From assembly GCA_033442325.1 (NCBI GenBank), contig JAWQFM010000021.1, positions 1,182,329 through 1,246,328 on the forward strand: 64,000 nt of DNA. The letters are read 5' to 3'. The position numbers were made by a program, and so were the translations under genes. The stretch is from Salpingoeca rosetta (taxonomy: Eukaryota > Protista > Choanoflagellata). Position 1 is the first letter of the stretch, and each line of letters starts with the position of its first letter. Below the pieces are notes generated by a model. The model ran no database searches and was not told where the DNA came from. It was given only the letters and a program-made list of their open reading frames with translations. Shown piece by piece: positions 60,169-64,000 of the stretch.

Positions 60169-61486
60169 CGCAACAGCTTCATACCTTGTAGAGCTCGCCC
60201 TTTGCTGCGTATTCGAGAATGAGGTAGACGCGGTGCTCGTCGTGGAAGTATCCAAACAGCCGCAAAATGTTCTTGTGTTGGAGATGCGATTGAATCTCAA
60301 CTTCGCGCCGCAGCTGGTGCTCCACATTGTGTTTCTGCAGTTGGCTCTTGAACAAGACCTGGCAATTGGAGAGCAGAGGCGTAAGGTTGTGACAGTGGCG
60401 GTGATGATCGTGGAAGCGCGTGGAGGGAGGAGAAGGTTGGGGTGTGGGCGTTGTTGGTGCTTGGTAAAAAAACAAGAAGAACAAGCAAGTAAAGGAACAA
60501 ACCTTGCAGAGCAACATGGCGCATCGTGCGCCGTGCACTTAAAACAAGCTGTTACACACACACCCGCACACACACACCCACACCGAGTGTCTCTCTCTCT
60601 CTCTCTCATAAACAAACGCACACACTCACACATACACAGAGTCTCTCTCTCCCTCTCTCACTCTGCCTCCCACCTTGAGGGCGACGATGAACTTGGACTT
60701 CTTTTCGCGCGCAAGGAAGACATTGCCAAACTTGCCCTTGCCTGAATGATTACGGAAAGCAACAGGTAATGTGGTTAGTCGCGCGCGTGTTAATGATCAG
60801 GGAGCAACACAAACGGTTTAGTGCAAGCGGTGCCGAATAATGCACAGGACTGCGAGTGCTAATCGCCAACTTGTTGGGCAAAGCCAAGTCCTTACACATG
60901 CACATAGGACCGTAAACACACCACACGCACACGCACACACACATCAAGGGCTGTGGACACGCAATCGCATACAATCTCGAACACGCACAACACACACACA
61001 ATATCACACAAACGGGCACACACACACAATCACTCACGCACTCACAATCACACACTCACACACACACACAATCACACACTCACACACACACAATCACTCA
61101 CGCACCGAGTGGGCGACCAATCTCAAAGTCATCGAGACACCATTTCCTGCGTGCGGCTGTGTGAAGAGCGAGACAAAGCATCGACAGAACACACCGATTA
61201 TGAGGAGACACCGGCATGCATCGCCACCGAAACCAAGCGAACAATGGAACACACGGGCCACCGACAAAAGCAAAGGCGGCACACAGAGCAAGCTTACGCT
61301 TTGCAGAAGATGCTGACGGCTTCTTTGATGCTGTGCTTGTCTGTGGTTCACCATGTTCACCATGTTATCCAAACGAGGGCGTATGTGAGATGGGGGCACG
61401 GCCTCAACGTGTGTTGAGAAGGATCACACACCATGCAATCGTAATCAAGTACGTCCATCACACACACCCACCCACACACACACACA

Positions 61487-61526
<40 letters not shown>

Positions 61527-61624
61527 TGTCGCAACCACATTTGCGTATTGACCGGACTTACCGAGCTTGTGCTGTTGTGTTCGCGCAAAGCGTGTGTGTT
61601 GGTGCGTGGTTGTTGTTGCTCCAT
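58351..61624 (-). CDS. AURK: Aurora kinase
   Basis: Exons read [13 protein letters not shown]|[23 protein letters not shown]|[83 protein letters not shown]|[37 protein letters not shown] and LQHPWI. The probable ATG is at 61624 ([15 protein letters not shown]). Confidence 0.96.
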
Positions 61625-62937
61625 TATTGCTTGTGTGGTGTGTGGTGTGTGGAGGAAGGAGGAAGGAGAAAGGAAAGGGGATGGACGTGTCGAAGGTGAA
61701 GACAGTCAGTGATTGACGCCACTTAGGCAACAGCAGTTGTAGCAGTCAAGATGAGAAGCGGCGGGGCGGTCTCGGTATTGGTGCTGGGTGTGCTGGGTGT
61801 TCGACGTGCGGGTGGTGTGGGGCAAGTGGTGGTGCTGGCTTGTTGTTGTGGTGGGTTGCGGGGTTTTTTGGTTGTCGCCAAAACACACCACTCGAATTTC
61901 CCGGCGCAAAGCTGACCACCTGTCAAATTTGACACCTTTGTGACCACATTACATGATGTCGTTCTTGTTAGAAACGACACGACAGACAGTTTTGTGGGGA
62001 ATGATGTCATTTTCAAGCACGAAGACGGACGGACACTCGTGGTGTTAGGCCCTACGTGTCACCACCCCTCACCACGCCGTCTTGCGTTGTTCGTGACCCA
62101 GCAAGTCTTCTTCTGCTTGCGTGTTTTGTTGGTTGTTTGTCTGTTTGTTCTTTGTTGTTGGCGGGTTGGCTTGGATACATGCGTGTGCGTGTGAGCGCGT
62201 GTGAGATGTAGACGTTTGGACTTCCTGACCTCGTTCCTTCGTTCTCTGGGTTGTCGTGGGTGAAGCACCAGTGCCTATTCTTCCTTCTGGGTGTTGACAG
62301 CCTTGATAGTCTCACCGCGCGAACTGGCCCTCCTCGCTCTCCTCTGTGGCTTGCGCCACCACTACGCCGTCGTTTCTTCGTTTGTACACATAGGTCAACA
62401 GCTCAGGAAGCAGGAAGCTCTACCGTATTCTCTGTTGCGCTCTCCCACCCCACCCCCATTCCTGTGGTTTCTGGCCGGTGGAGTACAAGCAGGCTCAGTA
62501 TCACGTGAGTGGATTCTTCCTTGTGCGTGCGTGCGTGCGTGCGTGCGTGCTGTTTGGCTTGCGTAAGGATACAGTCTCACATGAACATCTCGGTCTACCA
62601 ACCTGTTTGTTGTTGTTGTTGTTGAGGTTGCTTCGAGCACGTGGCGAGAGTCGACACGCCTTTCTTACTTTTCTGGCCAAACCTACTCACAACGCCAATC
62701 AATCGTTATCGGGCAGTCTTGCGGGTTTCACATTCATCACAGAACCGTGCAGGTCGCGCACCTGCAAAACAAAGCACGCCGCAACCTCGTGACAAGTGCT
62801 GGTCCTTCGGCAAGCACCCGAGTTCAAGGTGTTGTTTATTGCGACCACGCAAGCTAGTGAGCGGGTTGCTTCTGCATCGCAACCATTTCTCTTGGTGATC
62901 GAGTAAGTGCATCATCGCACACAACGCAACTCCCACC

Positions 62938-64000
62938 ATGGACCCTCCTCCTCGCCAGCCAGTGGTGGCACCTCCCTCGCTTCCACATTCCAGCAGCGAG
63001 CGAGAAGCGCACCTTGTTACAACACCAGCAGTGACAGCAGTGACAGCAACAACACACACGACAGCGACACCAACGCCGACGGCACAGCCCGTGTTGCCCT
63101 GGGACAAGGGTGGTGCGCCAGCCCTTCCAACGGTGCCACCCAAGCGGCGCCCCTCCACGTGCTCGTATTCGTCCTCCGCGCGCTCATCAGGCTCCCTCAT
63201 CCCGTCTTCGCTCGACTCCAAGCTGCCCAGCGCCGGCCACGCCAAGAACAAGATGCATCAATTGCCCCCGGCCGCGAGCGGGTTCGGCGGGCCCGGGTTT
63301 CCCGCCAACCTCCGCCCACGCCGCCACATCATGCATGAGTCAGCCTCCGTGGCAGCGAACAAAACGGCACCACGCACGCCATCACCGCCGTCGCCCTCCC
63401 CGTCACCGTCCCCATCGCCGGCACCAGAGACAGCGCGGCCTGCCACGCGGCCCGGGGTTCGACGGCGCACGCGGCCACCACTGCCTGCACGGCCGTCGTC
63501 AGCCAGGAGCACGTCTGCCCGCAGGGACAGGATGAGCAGATCATCCCCCAGCCTCCGTGGCGGTATTGGTGCTGATGTGGACGACGACGACGACGACGAC
63601 GGTGATGATGACGACGACGATAGCGCTGGGGGCAGGGACGCGTTCCACCATGTTCACGCGTACGGTACGCTGCGGCGCCGGCGGGCGAGCAGCAGCAGCC
63701 TGGGCAGCCTGTACAGCAATGGCGTTGGCGAGTTTGAGAGCGACCGGCAGACGCTGCTGCAGATCCTGGGCGAGCGAAGCGGCGTGCGGCGCCTGGTGCG
63801 GGTCATGCACACCAACGAGTACGTGCACAGGCTGCAGCGGGACGTGTGCGAGGCGTTTGAGGAGGTTGCGTACTCCAGCCAGCAGATGCGGCAGCGGCTG
63901 CTGCGGCACGGTGCGGTTGAGGCCGTGGTGGCCGCCATGTGCATCCACCACTCGGACGTGCGCCTGCAGTTGGCGGGGTGCAGTCTCATCTTCTCCCTCG
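62938..64000 (+). CDS. Armadillo-type repeat protein, 5' part (runs off the right edge; absent from the ORF track because it has no stop)
   Basis: Starts at caccATG 62938 and stays open to the window end. MDPPPRQPVVAPP.. is followed by a Pro/Ser-rich and poly-D region, then VRRLVRVMHTNEYVHRLQRDVCEAFEEVA..RHGAVEAVVAAMCIHHSDVRLQLAGCSLIFSL, the same repeat type as 2549-5362. Confidence 0.82.
   Translation, partial: MDPPPRQPVVAPPSLPHSSSEREAHLVTTPAVTAVTATTHTTATPTPTAQPVLPWDKGGAPALPTVPPKRRPSTCSYSSSARSSGSLIPSSLDSKLPSAGHAKNKMHQLPPAASGFGGPGFPANLRPRRHIMHESASVAANKTAPRTPSPPSPSPSPSPSPAPETARPATRPGVRRRTRPPLPARPSSARSTSARRDRMSRSSPSLRGGIGADVDDDDDDDGDDDDDDSAGGRDAFHHVHAYGTLRRRRASSSSLGSLYSNGVGEFESDRQTLLQILGERSGVRRLVRVMHTNEYVHRLQRDVCEAFEEVAYSSQQMRQRLLRHGAVEAVVAAMCIHHSDVRLQLAGCSLIFSL

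Overview
This is eukaryotic, intron-dense DNA whose introns are packed with microsatellites ((CA)n, (GA)n, (CAGA)n, (GAGT)n, (GTGTT)n, (ATC)n). The style and gene content suggest a choanoflagellate such as Salpingoeca rosetta, which is an inference. Most ORF-track entries are microsatellite or antisense shadows, so I spliced the real genes by hand using splice sites and codon phase. Left to right: a secreted Cys-repeat protein (-, runs off the left edge); an intronless ARM-repeat protein (+); a giant secreted mucin/lectin (-) with four CBM-like repeats, two C-type lectin domains, two PAN-like repeats and a laminin G domain; SMC3 (-); a second secreted mucin/lectin (+) with PPC-like, 2x somatomedin B, malectin, sushi-like, CTLD and PAN-like domains; B4GALT7 (-); SCAMP (-); V-ATPase subunit B (+); a DUF1336/EDR2-C protein (+); Aurora kinase (-); and a second ARM-repeat gene (+, runs off the right edge). 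There are five N gaps and a 1.57 kb exact duplication that is probably an assembly artefact. Main hypothesis: a pre-animal proteoglycan/ECM locus. The second mucin carries five codon-diverged SSGSGSG motifs, which resemble GAG-attachment sites, and lies tail-to-tail with the GAG-linker galactosyltransferase B4GALT7. That enzyme has an unexpected C-terminal TNFR-like Cys-rich module. Both mucins also share an uncharacterised PAN-like repeat.
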